64,000 nucleotides of DNA from the NCBI GenBank assembly GCA_000708835.1, contig DF237107.1, positions 101,479-165,478 on the forward strand. Reading direction: 5' to 3'. Each line of letters starts with the position of its first letter. Positions within the stretch are counted from its first letter, which is position 1. Both the position numbers and the translations under genes were made by a program. Source of the DNA: Klebsormidium nitens. Its lineage: Eukaryota; Plantae; Klebsormidiophyceae. The notes beneath the pieces were generated by a model. The model saw only the letters and a program-made list of their open reading frames with translations. It did not search any database and was not told the DNA's origin. Positions 10,055-23,729 of the stretch are shown here, in pieces.

Positions 10055-12772
10055 ATGGCGCCACCTCTGCCCCCAGCAGCTCTCTTGGCAGATTACGCAT
10101 TCAGTTTCTCAAAAGGGAAAGTGCTATACGCCGCTGTGGACAATCACTTGCCAGACATCTTTGCCAAACAAGGTACAGAACTTACAATTTCCAGATGCTC
10201 TTGCGCTCCTTTGTCATTTCTGCGAATCTGTTTTTGGAAATTGAGTAGGTTTGCTCGATGGACCTATTTGTAGGCTTTCTGGTCAAATTTCATACCTCCT
10301 CTTGCAAACAATGATAGGAGATTAGTATTCTTGTGAGCAACGATTGGCAGCTCTGCTAAGTACCAGCAAGCCAGCCTGCTGAAGTCCAATTCTTGAACCT
10401 GGTGAGAATATATGCTTCCAACCTCGTGATGCTCGTTTTACGCACTCAAGATAAAATTCACGCAATGATATCATTGGAATCTTGTGCAACTTTCCTCTAA
10501 GCTTGTCAACTCCGAGGTCAACCATTTCGAAAAAAGCTTGTTTCCCTTGTGCTTGCGCCAGCATTCCGTTGTTCATTTCTTTTTGTGCAAGCAGTTTACC
10601 CTAGAAGCGTTGAAGATAATTTTGTACAGGGATGGCTCTTTGCCACGCAAAGGGCAAAAACAGTGTGACTCTATCTCCAGGTGAACCGATGCGTCCGGAT
10701 GAAGTTGCTCAGCTCGCGGGAACAGACCCTGACGCAACTGCACGCCTCATTCGAGCACTGTCTGGACTCGGCGTGCTTGACGAGACTGCAGAAGGAACTT
10801 ACAGCTTGTCATCGGTTGGTCAGCTTCTGGTGTCAGACAAGGTAGGTGTACTCATTGATTTACAGTGCTTTCGAGCTTCTAGTGTTTCTTGCATGGATTC
10901 ACCTTACCATTGTTGTTGTGTGAGAAGATTTAGGCACATGCAAGAGTACTTACTTTGAGCGCATTCCAGCTCAAAGTCGTGCTAGAGTTGATTTGGAATT
11001 TTAAGAGAAGCTATGAACTTCCTACTTTACTAGAGCAAGTCTTCTTTGTCATCCAAATTAGTTGGCTTCCTGGACATTGACAGAGGTCATCCGGCTTGTA
11101 CCTTGCAATGTGTTTCTAGAAACCAGTTTTATCACTTCAAAAAGCGGATTGCCTTGCAGGAGACAGGCGATTTGAGCCCCTTGGCCGGTGTAATAACCCA
11201 CTGGAATGAGCCTAACACATCGAACACCTGGAATGAGCTGTCGCGCACCATTAAGGAGGGCGGCACTGGTTGGAAGAAGACTACGATGAGCAAGACGCAT
11301 AAAAGCGTCTGGGACTACTATCAGGTACGCAATCACACCTGCGGCTGAGGGTGCGCATATATCTTCAACGTCCAAAAGGCCTTTGCAACTTGAAACCCCT
11401 GAACGTCTGCTCCCCTCCCGTATACATACACGAGCAAGAGGCACTGTCAACCGAACGGTTGCATAAATAACACATCTCGCGTCTGACGGCTTAGCTTTGA
11501 GCTCATGTGACCATCGGTCCCAGTTATCCCGACTCCACGACCAAATTTTCGGTGACTCGCGAGTCAATCGAAAGTCGCTCTTCTGACTGCGCAGGCACAC
11601 GCGGACACGTCTGGAAAGGCTTTTGACGCTGCAATGCGCGGTGTGTCGTCGACTCAAGTTCCTCAGCTCTTGCAGGTCAGGGGTTCGTCACAAACGCTGG
11701 TCTCTGCTCGTCTCTATGCCATCCTCCTCCTGTCGTTTGCCCCAATCGTGTACGATACTCTGATTTGCAGACGAGCCAGAATCTTTGCAATTTTTCTAGG
11801 ATGATTCATGAAAGCGGGTCGTGCTGGTGCGTTCCTTCTTTCATAACTTTCCAGCTTCCGGTTTGCGTTGACTACGAGAGAAATCTCAAAAACGGAAAGC
11901 GAAAATTCTGCTCGTGGCAGGCTTACGACGGGTTCAAGGACTTGGACGTGTTGATGGACGTTGGCGGAGGACACGGTGCTCTTTTGGCGGCAATCACCGC
12001 AAAGTACCCCAACATCAAGGGCATCAACTTTGACCAGCCGCATGTCATCCAGACTGCCCGTTCAATCCCAGGGGTGGAGCTTGTGTCTGGAGACATGTTC
12101 AAGGCCGAGACTCTGCCCAAAGTTCCTAATATCATCATGAAGGTTCGTCTCATTTCTTTTCTTCCTTCTCTCGTGTTTCTACCTGTAGCTTTCAGGAATA
12201 GCAGTGCAAGATCGTAACTGGAAGCGGGTGCGATCACCGAAAAATTGGGATTCTGAGGCGTTCGGTCAGTGAGATACGCAGGTTTGAAGTAAGGCTAGTT
12301 TCAGAGTTCTGCAAAGAAGGTTCGCTTGAGAAACATTCGTTGACGTCAGCACTTGGGAGACGTCATTCTCCAATATTGCCAGGCGTCGCTTTTAATTTTT
12401 CGTCACTTTTTGTCTTGAATGTAAGGTGGCTCTAAGTAGAACACGCTCTGGTTTCGTTACCTCCAGTTCATTCTGCACGACTGGGGCGATGCGGCGTGCA
12501 AGACAATCTTGGCCAGCTGCCGCGGCGCCCTGCCCGCCGAAGGGAAGCTGCTGATTATGGACTTCGTCATCCCTAACCCTGGCACTGCACCCCCCGAGGC
12601 CCGCCATTTCCCGACTCTCCTCGACATCCAGATGATGATGATGTGCCTGGGTGGTCGGGAACGCTCGGAGCAGGAGTGGAAGACTCTGCTAGAGTCCGAA
12701 GGTTTCGAGATCAGCCGCATCGTTCCGCTGGGTCCTGGAAGCCCGTCCGTCATCGAGGCCGTTAAAGCGTAG
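10055..12772 (+). CDS. Class II SAM-dependent O-methyltransferase (COMT-like); join(10055..10172,10681..10841,11160..11324,11595..11675,11921..12142,12467..12772), ~350 aa
   Basis: Winged-helix dimerisation region (RLIRALSGLGVL), LMDVGGGHG SAM-binding motif, GDMF, catalytic KFILHDW, LLDIQMM and GGRERSEQEW. The exons join in frame. Confidence 0.9.
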
Positions 12773-14616
12773 GTAGCGAGTGTCCGACGTCAGTAGCGCA
12801 GATCCTGCATAGGTTTGAAATAGCTTCTGCAATCGTTAAATGACATAGATATGTAGCTCTTGAAGGGACATACATGAAGACATATAGTAGGCTTGCTCAG
12901 GGGTTATGAAAGTACAGTCACAGACGGTCAGTCGCTAGCTGTACGTTTGCCAAGCTTTCCGAGTTGATCTACGTGCTCCACAAGTGAGGTAATATTCAGT
13001 TGGATCCTTAATTGAGCGTCGAGCTTTCAAGCGCTTGTTAAGGCCGTCGTATTGCCAAGGCGTTCAACCCTTTCAAAGGACTGTTCTGACGATGCATCAT
13101 GGCAACTTATAACGTCAAATGAGGATTTCGGACAAGTGCTCTGAGTTGATGCAGTTTTGATCTCGCCTACTGTCACCACATGACATCGAAGCCCTCTGTC
13201 CAGGTGGTCCCGCAAGAGAAGGGCGCACTATCACCGCCAACATGTGATCAAAAAACCACTAAGTTTTCGCTATAGCCATTTTTTGGACGACCTTCCGTGT
13301 ACCTCCCATTTGCTAGCTATAGTCTGATCAGTTTGACGGTTTGAAAGACTTCCTCCGCGGGGGCCACTCTAGCAGCAGATTTGTCGCGGGCCCTGCACTT
13401 TGCATATCAGCGCACCATTCGGATGCACTTTGTCAGGAGCTGAATGTGCTTCCGATTGCATTGAGACAAGAGATAGCGACGCGATCCCGGGCCATGGCCA
13501 GTGCTGATACTGATTTAACAATCTGGTGTCGAATCCTGCAGTTTCCCGGAAACGGATACCTGGCGCTAGCTCGTGTTCAGCGATTGAAGCATGCGGCATG
13601 CCACTGGCAGGCAGCTAACAGTCTCAGTGCATGCATTGCAATATATTTTGGAAGAAGTAACAGCAACCGTACCTAGCTTGCAACACGTAGATTGTCTAGT
13701 CACATGGGGCAGACCGTCATGAGCGTTTGCACTAGCTTCACTGGTACACCCTTTGCGGTTCATTTGAATCATGCAAGATCGCGAAGTGAGTTCGTCAAGT
13801 CGATGCTGCATGGAATTCATATGTGCTAACACATATCATTGCAGATGCATGCTCGTATGCTCAACGCTTGCGCTCACACGGCTATGTATGGACACCCGGG
13901 CCATGGCGACTGCAGTGCGCGGAACATACAGCTGCTCATATGGAAACCTCAGGCTCATTGCACGCAGCGGAGCATATGACCGCCGCCGGCCATGCCAGGC
14001 ACGCAGTGGCCCAGCGGTGGCGGCACGCTGCAGCATACATGCTAACTCTAAGCATTCTTGTGTAAACGTAACGCGCATATGATCGAGTCCGCACTGCAAG
14101 CATGGCGGTTGCATGTAAAGCCCAACTTATGCGATATATGTCATGCATTCTTGATGCACACTGTAGGAATGCTTCCCAGAGGAACAATGCAACTCGCACT
14201 ATACTTGAGACGGGCAGAGGGACAGCTAACGCATATATAAGACGAGATGATTGCTTGTGTGCCAAACGGCAGACTGGTGAATTCGAGTAAGGTCGTGTTA
14301 ATGACTCCGGGAGCAGTCGCCTTTCATTCTCGTTTCGACACTTTCAACGGCCATGACGCAAAGTCTCCCAAAGCAGCACTGGTTTGACTAGAAGCAGAGT
14401 TGACGATATCACCAGCTCTCAGGAAGCACAACACAAAAGCAGAAGCAGCTCCCAATTTTCAGCCGTTCCGAATACTATGAAGCACTTGAATCGCGTTATG
14501 GAAACAATACATGAGAACATTACCTCGTCAAAAAGAATCGACCTGCAGATCGCTACCTGTTTGTTTGACTTGACTTGAAACATCAGCCAACCTATGTACA
14601 TTAGACCCGTATATGC

Positions 14617-17600
14617 TTAAGCAAACTCGTCGGATATGTCAGTTTTGCAGACGGGACACCGCCGCGAGTAGTTGAGCAGCCACTCTGATCCGCACTGCGG
14701 ATGGAAACGGTGCCCGCACGGAAGCACGACTAGGTCGTCGCCAACCCCGTACTCATGTTGGCAAATGGTACACATCCTGATCAAACAAGTGAAGGGGAAT
14801 CTTCTTCAAAAGAAAGAAAGTGCCTTGTCGTGTTGGATCCAGAAGAGCAAAGATGGAGAAGAGAAGACGGTTTCGAAGAACTATAGGGGAGCACAGAGTC
14901 AAAATGTCGAGATTATCAACGATTCGCGGAGGTAGACAACGCAAAACTTACAGGAAGTCTCCAGCGAGCTAAGAAGCCAGTGTGGACGTTTTGCGCAAGG
15001 CCTGGAAAGGACATTGTGAAGCGGAGACGTGCAGTTTCCATGTGTCACGGACACCAACCTAACGTCTAGAAACGTCAAGACCTTGAGTTTGTAGGCGGAC
15101 CGGTCACAGCAACTGGAGGCGGTTTGCGCAAATAGACATTTGAGAGTCAGCTTCGAAATGGGTGGACGAGCGACCAGGAAAGGTGAAGCAATGGTTAGGA
15201 GGCAGACTTCAGGGCGCTGGCTGGGATATGCCTGGATCCAGACCGGCTTGGGAATGCCAAAAGCCGTTGATTGGCCGGGTAGTGAATGGAAAGGCGTCGA
15301 GAACAGCAGACATTCCCATTCACCGGGTCTGACAACATGCCCAATAAATAACCCTCTCCTTTGATTTCCTGGAATGCCTAGTGACTCGAAGATGAATTTG
15401 AAACAATGAGGCTCACTCGTGGCCAGCGCTCGTCGTGGTTGCCTTCATTGGGGACGAATGTGCAGAGCCGCCGAATACAGTGGAGGGGAGTGCCGCCACA
15501 GCGCCCGCGGTCGCCGTCACCTTGACGTCCTCCAGGGTTGTCAGGCGCTGCAAAACCGTTTGAACACAATGAATTCTTCGAAACTGCAGATGCGGAAACA
15601 ACAGCTGTAGAAGGACACAGCGTGTCCTCGAATTGGATGTCGGTGAACAGCAGAACCCAGAGGATTGCACGGTCGATTTTTCGAAGCTCCATCTGATGTG
15701 CCTTAGCAAAGAAGCATTGACGATTTGATACATCCCGTGCGACAGAGACATGCGTTTGGTCGAAGACTACGAGCCTGCGTGGCCAATGTTGAGCCAGAGC
15801 GCTTCAAATCCAAAGACGATGTTGGCACCAAGCAAAACTTTATCTTGAATAAGGGGAAAAGGAAGAAGGAAGAACCTTCAGACCCCACTAGAAGTTTAGA
15901 ACGTGATGCATTCTTCTCTATATCCATCCTTGACCCCCCCTCATAAACCACAGAACATGCCGGTCTTCAAAACCATTCAAAGACACCCTCTCGTGAGCTG
16001 CAGGCGCCCTTTGGCATCCAGTCCCAAATCAACATTGTGGACCATGTAAAGAACTTTATCATGTAATACAGAGGGACACACAGATACCCCATAGACTCCA
16101 AGCAGCATCCAACCGGCAGATGTCATGTCGGACGCTCGAACTCCCACCTCGTAAGTGAGCTCATGAGTCCGGGCTGTTCCAGGCGCCCGCGGCTCTCCCC
16201 CCTCAGGGGCGTGGTTGACGGATAGGGAGAGCGCGAGCGCCATTTCGAGCTCCAGCTCCTCTTGGCGTTGTTCCCAGCGGCCGCGCCGAGAGGAGCCGCG
16301 AGACTGGTGCCCGTGCTGCGATGCATGATCGAAGTCGGGTCAGAAGCGTGGAGATTTGGGCTCTGTGCATTGAGCAAGGCAGAAAGTGCTCCGATGCCAG
16401 GCACCAAAGTCTTCACGTGTCCTCAACGCGCTTACCCCCGTTTTGTTACCAAAGTATGAGTCTAGATGTGGGAATTGTCAATTGATACGATGGGGATTCT
16501 TGCCTGATGTTCCGTTTGTCTAGAAGTGCTATGCCTTCGAATAAAATGAACTACGAAGGCCCTCAAGTGGGGACAGACGGGGTTGAACACAAATCGTCTG
16601 GGAACCTTGACAATTTCTTCTACCTAACTTTCGAGGCCAGTCAAGACTATGATATAAAGAATGGACAGGCCCTTTGGGCAGCATAATTCAAAGCCAGCCA
16701 AAATTTTCCGGGCTCACCCCTGCAAAGTAGTCCCTAATCTCTTCATCAGCATCCTCCCAATCATCAGCCGTCAGCCGGTGCCCCTTTGGTGCGCCCCGCC
16801 GCCGCCCCGGCGTTCCTCGTGTAGGGGGAGACTTTCCGAGGGCGGCTGGCCCTGGGCCGACACCCCCCCCATCCTGTGGAGACCGCCCCAGGCTACCTGA
16901 CCGAGAACTAGGGCCCGCACTGCTGGAGCCTTTGGAGCGGCCTCTTTCCGGGGGGGTCTTGTTCTGGTTGGGCGCAGAGTGGGGGGAGCCCCTCGTCCTG
17001 GGGCTGTTCTCAGGGGCGCGCTGGTTGTTTGAAGACTTGCGCCGCGAGCTGTCGTGACCTGGACAAGAAGTATGCTGAACCATCATCAGCAGACTGGGAG
17101 GTAAGGTGCCAAGGGAAGTATGTCCAAGACAGGGATTGTCCTGGGGCTACATCGCTAGGAGTTTGCAACATCTCCAGTACAAGGTTGATGGAACGGCATC
17201 TCTCACCGGTGTGCCTTTGGTATTTCTGATACCGCAGCATTCATTTGCATCTCTGGAAGACATTCGTGGTGAGAGTAACGAAGCCACGAGTGTGGAAAGC
17301 GGCAAAGTACCAGGTGTTTACCTTTTCCCGAGCATCTTTCGACGCTGTCCCTGTCTGTCTGCCCTCGCTGGCCTTCTGCAAAATCCGACAAACCTCGTTA
17401 AAGGAGTTACGTGAGGCTATCACCAGTACGTATGAGACCTGCAAGACTGGGCTACTTCAAAACAAAGAGCGTGGTGACGGATTCAGATTATACGGGGCAG
17501 AGGAACTGTTGGCAAAGGGCAACAATGGAGCTGGCAAACGAGTTCACGGACAAGCTTGTCACGTTTCCAACTGCCTCAGGCACATACTTCCACCAGCATT

Positions 17601-17861
17601 GTGTCAGTTCTTCGATCTATACACCGACCTTAGCAAGGACAATCGGGAAAAGTTCTGATTGGCCAGTACAAACTTCCTTACAACTTCCGGTGGTCTCCTT
17701 TTTCATACCAGAAATGCCCTCGCATGCAAAAGCAGTCTAGTCAACAAGAAGGCCAAATTCACAAAGCAACCAGAACCCTAGAAGTATCCTCAAGTCGCTG
17801 GTGCCCTACCTATGGGCCTGGGCTTCGACTGCCCCTTCTGCTTGCCAGCATTGCTGCTCAT
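14617..17861 (-). CDS. RING-H2 E3 ubiquitin ligase with a ubiquitin-interacting motif; complement join(14617..14776,15417..15547,16148..16315,16718..17058,17322..17375,17810..17861), ~301 aa
   Basis: Last exon MCTICQHEYGVGDDLVVLPCGHRFHPQCGSEWLLNYSRRCPVCK has C3H2C3 spacing. Upstream are LTYE|RLTTLEDV...VAALP (typical pre-RING segment) and UIM-like QEELELEMALALSLS. Intron phases match. The two short 5' exons are less certain. Confidence 0.85.
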
Positions 17862-18097
17862 CACTGCGTGAGTCCTCACAGCAGGCTGGCCTGAGCTCTG
17901 TCTTTACTCTGGAGCGCTAGTCAAGAACAGCTGCTGGCAACGCGTTGACAAAAGGGAGACCGGTGATCAGCTGAGGGTGCGCAGCAAGCTCTGCTTCCTT
18001 TGAAACTGCTGTCTAGTGCTGAAAGAAAGAGAATGCTTCTGTTCAGCGTTTCCTTGTCCTTCGCAAGGCAAACCGGAGGGATGCGAGGTTTAACCTA

Positions 18098-18192
18098 AGG
18101 CTTCAATGACAAAGTAGGTAGGTCGTCTTATAGGCAACAGCAGATTCTAGCTGTGCGCCAGACGTGCTACCTACCTATGGGCTTTGAAGCCT
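18098..18192. repeat. Imperfect ~95-nt inverted repeat/hairpin in the divergent promoter between the E3 ligase and antiporter 1
   Basis: Left arm AGGCTTCAA..GTAGGTAG..CGTCT..GGCAACAGC pairs with right arm GCTGTGCGCC AGACG..CTACCTAC..TTGAAGCCT around the loop AGATTCTA. Confidence 0.55.
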
Positions 18193-18550
18193 CTTTGAAG
18201 CTGGATTTCAATGGGGTTTCAAAGCGCAGGATCCTGTTCAATCTTCAGACTTCCGACTCGGTGTATCCTAGGCTTTTGAAACTTGGGAGGCGAAGATGAT
18301 CCCCAGATTCTGGGATCTCAGAAGTTCGGACGTGACTGGGACGTCCCTCGTGATTCCTCCTCTGCGCCGACCTACGCAACCCGTCCGATGTGATTCAAAT
18401 CAGCTCATCGACGGCCTGAGGTTTCCGAATTTCAAAATTGTCCAAACTCCAGGCTGCATACTTTGACTCTTCGCTGCTTTACAAATTAGGATTCAGGTAC
18501 TCGCGAGTCGCGAGGTCTCTTCCTTTCTTTTCTGCCACTGGCTTTGCTTG

Positions 18551-21500
18551 ATGGCGCTGATCCCTCCTCACCCATGGGTTCATGCAGTCGTGGCCATCAT
18601 TGGCACCCTCGTGTGCCTCTACTCTTTCCTAGGCAGGCTTTGGAAGGGCACATTTCTTACCTCGGAGGTGATGGCTGCGACAGCGGTTGGAGTCATCATC
18701 GGTCCTGCCGCTGCCAGGATCATAGATCCTCAAACGCAGCTTTCCAGACATACATTGTATGGGATCGTTGAGGCGGTGAGGCCTCCCTTTGGTTGCAGGA
18801 GAATGGCAAATGCAGTGCCAGGATTCTCATAGCAAGGATGTCCACCAAGGACATTGGAGATTGTCAGCTACTCATTCAATCCAACAGATCGTTGTTGATT
18901 TTCCCAAGTCAAAAGTCAGAAAGGGCGCACTCTTGTGCACCAAAGCGTTATCTGACTTCAAGACCGCATTTATTTTCAATTTGCAGCCCCTTGTATTTTG
19001 TGGTAATGCAGCGTCATCTGCAAATTCCCATGTGCAAACTGGCAATTCCTGCACTCTGACCAGGCCCTTTCCCTTTTGCATGCAGTTCTCAGCCTCCGTT
19101 CTGGCTGTCCAGTCAGTCTCCATCGCCCTCTCTCTGCCCCAGTGTTACTACGAGCGCAACTGGCGCTCAGTGCTCATCTTAGTGGGGCCCCTCATGCTAG
19201 TTACCTGGGCCATCTCATTTGGATTGGCCGTGGCGCTGTTTGTGGGGCGATTAGGTGTCCTGAATTGTCTACTCATTGGGGCCACTTTGACGCCGACTGA
19301 TCCAATCCTGGCCAGCACGATCGTGGAGGGCCGATCCGCTGAGACGTAAGGACCGGAAATGCGTCTTACACAATTAGATGGTTTCATTCAGAGTTGCGCG
19401 TCCTCGGTTTGCTCTTACAAGACAGCTTAGGGTGCGCGTCGACCGAAAAGCTGCAGAAAGCTATTCAGATTTCTTAGTCAATTGGATGGCCTTTCAGATC
19501 CACGTGGTATATCACGGTACATACCAGATGGGTGATATGGCCCTAAAAGTACCGTACCTCCTACCTAACGGTACTACAAAGGCAACACTGGAGGCCAAGT
19601 AGATCTTCGGTCGACGCGCAACCTTACAATCATAGAGACCAACTTACTTCCCTGGGTGGTGCAGGGACCGTTTGGCAGAAGACGGTCAGTCTGCCTTGAC
19701 ATACAAAAAAGACTGCCAATGTCCAGTCTGTCGGCAAGCAGGATTGCAAGCACAATCTCGTCCCAGAATGCTCCATATTTAGCTTTGGACACCCAGTCAA
19801 CAGATTCGAAAAACAGGGTCTCTCATCATCTTTGAACCCGTTGCGGCACGTTGCTTGTCTGCCTTTGGAATTGAACATTGCCTCAATTCCTGAGGCATCA
19901 ATGTTCAGTGCCTCGACTGTCTCCATTTCATTTGCCCCTGCAAAAAATGCGACGATCTGCGCAGTCCGCTCACTTTGTAATCTGCCTTTGGCCAAGTCGA
20001 CTTACAAACCTGGTTTGCCTCGGCCAAGTATTTGATCATTTGAAAGTATAGGTAACCCTGTACTCCTTTCCAACTAGTTTTCGTCTGAGCCACCCCACTG
20101 CCCCCACCTTCCATTTTTCCTAAGCCGTAATCAGTGCCCTTCCATGTAACTAGGTTGGTCTGACCATTCACCAGTGCTGCCGGCCCCATCTTCTGATTTG
20201 TGCGAGCGTGCCACTCGTCCCTAAACATCGGTATTGAAATTCCGGCTTTCACCTCAAACAAAACTACGCATGCATTCACGGCTCCTATATGTGCAGATTT
20301 GTCAGACTGAGTTACTAAAAGTTTGATAGTCAAACTCCCTTGCAGATACATCCCAGAGGAGCTGCGCAACATTCTGCAGGCGGAGAGCGCGCTCAACGAT
20401 GGGGCCGCATATCCACATGTTGCCCTCGCCGTGCTTCTTCTCGATCCTGACTTTTCAAAGGGGGAGGCGATCGCACGCTGGTTCTACAAGGGGTGGGCTT
20501 ATGACGTAAGCAAGACTAGTCGGAAGGCCTTGATTGTGGAACAGTCATTGCATCTCTGGAAGTGCGAAAAGTAGAAAACTGACAGTCGAAGAATTCTCAA
20601 CACCAACAAAAATACTTCACGTGCGGTTGCATCCTCCAACTCTGCACCCACTCTGAGCCTCGAAGCAACTCGACCCGTTCCTTGACGACTCTTTCCAGTG
20701 CGGGCAGCTGACAAACGAGATGAAAGCTGCTGGACTATCTTCCCAAGTCGGAAGTCTCTGTGACGGGTGCAGATTGCTTACGGTGTTCTGTGCTTGATAG
20801 GTCTTTGCAAACGATTCGCAGATGTTTCTGGGCATCGCCATGGGCGCTGCGTACGGCTTCTGCTGCCGCCTGCTCAACATCCTCGGCCGCCGCTACAAGC
20901 TGGTCGAGCGGCAATCGTTCCTGGCGCACGTGTTCGGTATGGCCCTCGGGGTCGTGGGGACAGTCACGCTGGTCGGTGAGTGGCACCGCACTCCTTTCTA
21001 TCCTAGATATTTCAAGAGAAGCGAGCATCTCGGAATTACGGAATTGTGGATGTGGAGTACTTTGTTTCTACAGAGCATTATCCCATTTTTCGTTGGAACG
21101 TGCTGACCTTCAGTTACCAGTGTCTCAACCTCAAGTCTGACATGCAAGAGTTCGCACCCTTTTGCTCCATGATTGGGACCAGAGACTCAACTCTTCCCAA
21201 GCTCAATATCTTCCCAAGCTCGACATCTTGGAGATATCGTTGGTAATCACTTTGCCCGACTACAAGGCATAAGCCTGTGGTCGATGACCATCAACGAGCA
21301 CTCTACCTCCACATCGGCAGACTCGTTTGGCAGACCCTGATCCTCCGAAGAGTCTGGCGAAACGTAGTGCTGGCGACTCCACTCTGTTACACATACGAAT
21401 GAAGTTCGCATCTCTAATACTACTTACCCAGATCCAGGTTGCTCGGCTTGCTGAACGGGCAACCACTAAGCATTCCCGTTTCGCTCAGGCTTCGACAAGC

Positions 21501-23729
21501 TTCCTCAGCTTGCGTTCCGAAGCTCGTTGAGGTTTCAGCTTCAAATTATCACTTTGCCCCATCATTCAACTCAGAAGTTCGGTGATTCTCAAAGCAAAAG
21601 TGCCTTGATCCCTCCTGTCAAGACCGAACAACATCAATCCGTTTCGAAATGGTTGTGACCTAAGAAGACGTCAAACGGTTTTGAAAGTATTTTCTTGTTT
21701 TCCGCAGGCTCGGAAGGCGTCCTAGCCAGCACCGTCGCGGGTATCGCCTTCACCGCGCGTGAACCCGCCGAAGAAGCGGAAAAGTACGAGGCGCGCGCCG
21801 GCATCGAAGCAATCATCGTGATGACGTATTTTGTCTTCTTCGGCGCGATCCTGCCCTATAAGCGATGGGACGAGATCGGCGTGTGGCGGCTATCGCTCTT
21901 TAGCCTGGCGGTAATCTTCCTACGGCGGATGCCCGCAGTGATTCTGCTGAGCCCCTGGATTCCGGCGCTGGACCCCCACGAGGACTTCAGGGTGACGCTC
22001 ACCAACGTCAGCGGGTGATGTCAGCCTTTTTGGACTCAGAGTCGGGTTCGCTGGGTGTGGTTGGCTGTCAGCGTGTGCTTGTACTCTTTTGACTTGCTCG
22101 CTTACTGATAAGCTGTTCCTTGCGTGATTCTCCTTCTTACTCTTAGGATCTTATTACAAAGAAAAGAAGTATCTTTTTGCAAATTCCATTTGTTTGTTAA
22201 AAGTCGATTCTGGGCTGATTTATGAATTCTGGGGCAGGTATTGCAATTCTCAAGCCGCTTATTCTCGAAAGTTTGCTCTTGGAGATCACAGCTGAACAGA
22301 TATCCGTCCGTGCTGTCCCGCCTCCTAGCTTTACCTTGAAACTCAGCGTGCAAAGCTGTGGCCCACCCTTAGTGCGGTGGGGCTAACGCAATATGTGTTC
22401 AAGAAGAAGCATGCCTTTCCCAGAGTGGGAGCGCGGCCAGACACGCTTCTGGAACACGAGTGCTTGTCAGCACATGCAAGCACGAGTCTTTTGTCAACTC
22501 AGAAAGGATCGTAAGCAGGATACGTCATTCTCTAGCTGATTCGTTCCACCTGATATGCGGCTGCTTTCATGTGAAAGATCCTTGAGCATGCACAGTAATC
22601 AGAAGGGGGAAGAAGCCGACGTCAAGCGTTTCGTTTCGGCGACATACTTTCTCAGAGTGCGACTTTCTGTTTCAAAGCGAGCTTGCGAAGGATGCTTAGC
22701 AATTTTTTACATTCGCATCCCTTGCAGTTCTCCAGCCTAAAAGTCCGATGAGTTCATGCCCCGCTGCCCTGTATGGTGCAATCTGACATTTCCAGACACC
22801 CGACAGATGCACTCTCCTGTTCCGGGCAACTGCCAAGAACCAAGTGCTTTTGCCACGTGAGATTCCGGGCTGCTTGTAGATCTTCCCGACACTCTTGCGC
22901 AGGTTCAGACCAAGCCAGTCTCATCCCGCGCACCCTTCCCGACGCTCTGCTTCTCCTCGACAATGCAAACGCTCTCCCCTTCTTCTCTGATCAGGCCGCG
23001 TTCGGCGGCTTCTTCGGCCCGATCGGCGTTGGCACGCTCTACTACGCGGCGCTCGCGTTCCGCTTCGTCGAAAACGAGGACGTCTTCGCGGTACTGTCCT
23101 TCGTCGTGCTGGCGTCCGTAATCGTCCACGGACTCTCCGCAACGCCGCTCTCCCTGAGCCTGCACTACGCGCTCAAGCACTGGAAGGAGCACCCCATCCA
23201 ACCGACCGGGGGGCCCCTTCCGGGGCTCAAAGAGTGGCTGCACTACGGGCACTTCTGGGCGCACCTCTTTCACAGGTGGGCAGATTTAAGGTCCCCCGTT
23301 TCCAAAGATTCTAGATCGAAAATCGTGAGAAGGGTGCCGGAACGTACGCTTGGGCTTCGACTTTGCATTACGGTAGGTTGGAACTTTCGCGAATCTTCTG
23401 TAAGACGTGGTGAGGAGCTGCGAAACGCTTTGCTCTCGAGCTTCTTATGGGGAACACGTGCTCTTGTTAACCGTAAAGGAAGTCAGTTTGTTTGCCAGCT
23501 CACAATATCGCTCAAGGCCCAAGGGCCGCAGCATTACGTCGTCTGAAAGGGTGGACTGCACTCAGTGCCTCCTATCGAGGCTCTTTGAAACACGGTCCTT
23601 GGTTGGATGAAAGGTCTTATCTAATTCTGTGACACTTGCAGGACTCTGCGATACGAGCACGAGCCCGAGCATCAGCCGCCGATCGCGCGACTTGAGAGCG
23701 GTTCCTCTACGCGAACTGCCGCTGAGTAA
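18551..23729 (+). CDS. CPA1 Na+(K+)/H+ antiporter, fungal Nha1/Sod2-like, paralog 1; join(18551..18775,19086..19345,20346..20505,20822..20975,21708..22006,22995..23275,23642..23729), ~488 aa
   Basis: Many hydrophobic segments; motifs TPTDPILASTIV, LRNILQAESALNDG, YFVFFGAILP, FLRRMP and FFGPIGVG...VHG. The exons join in frame. Confidence 0.9.

Noticed and set aside
17245-17658. 137-aa plus-strand ORF initially suspected to be a transposon relic
   Set aside because: It lies antisense within the E3 ligase gene (introns and exon 2) and has no recognisable motif.
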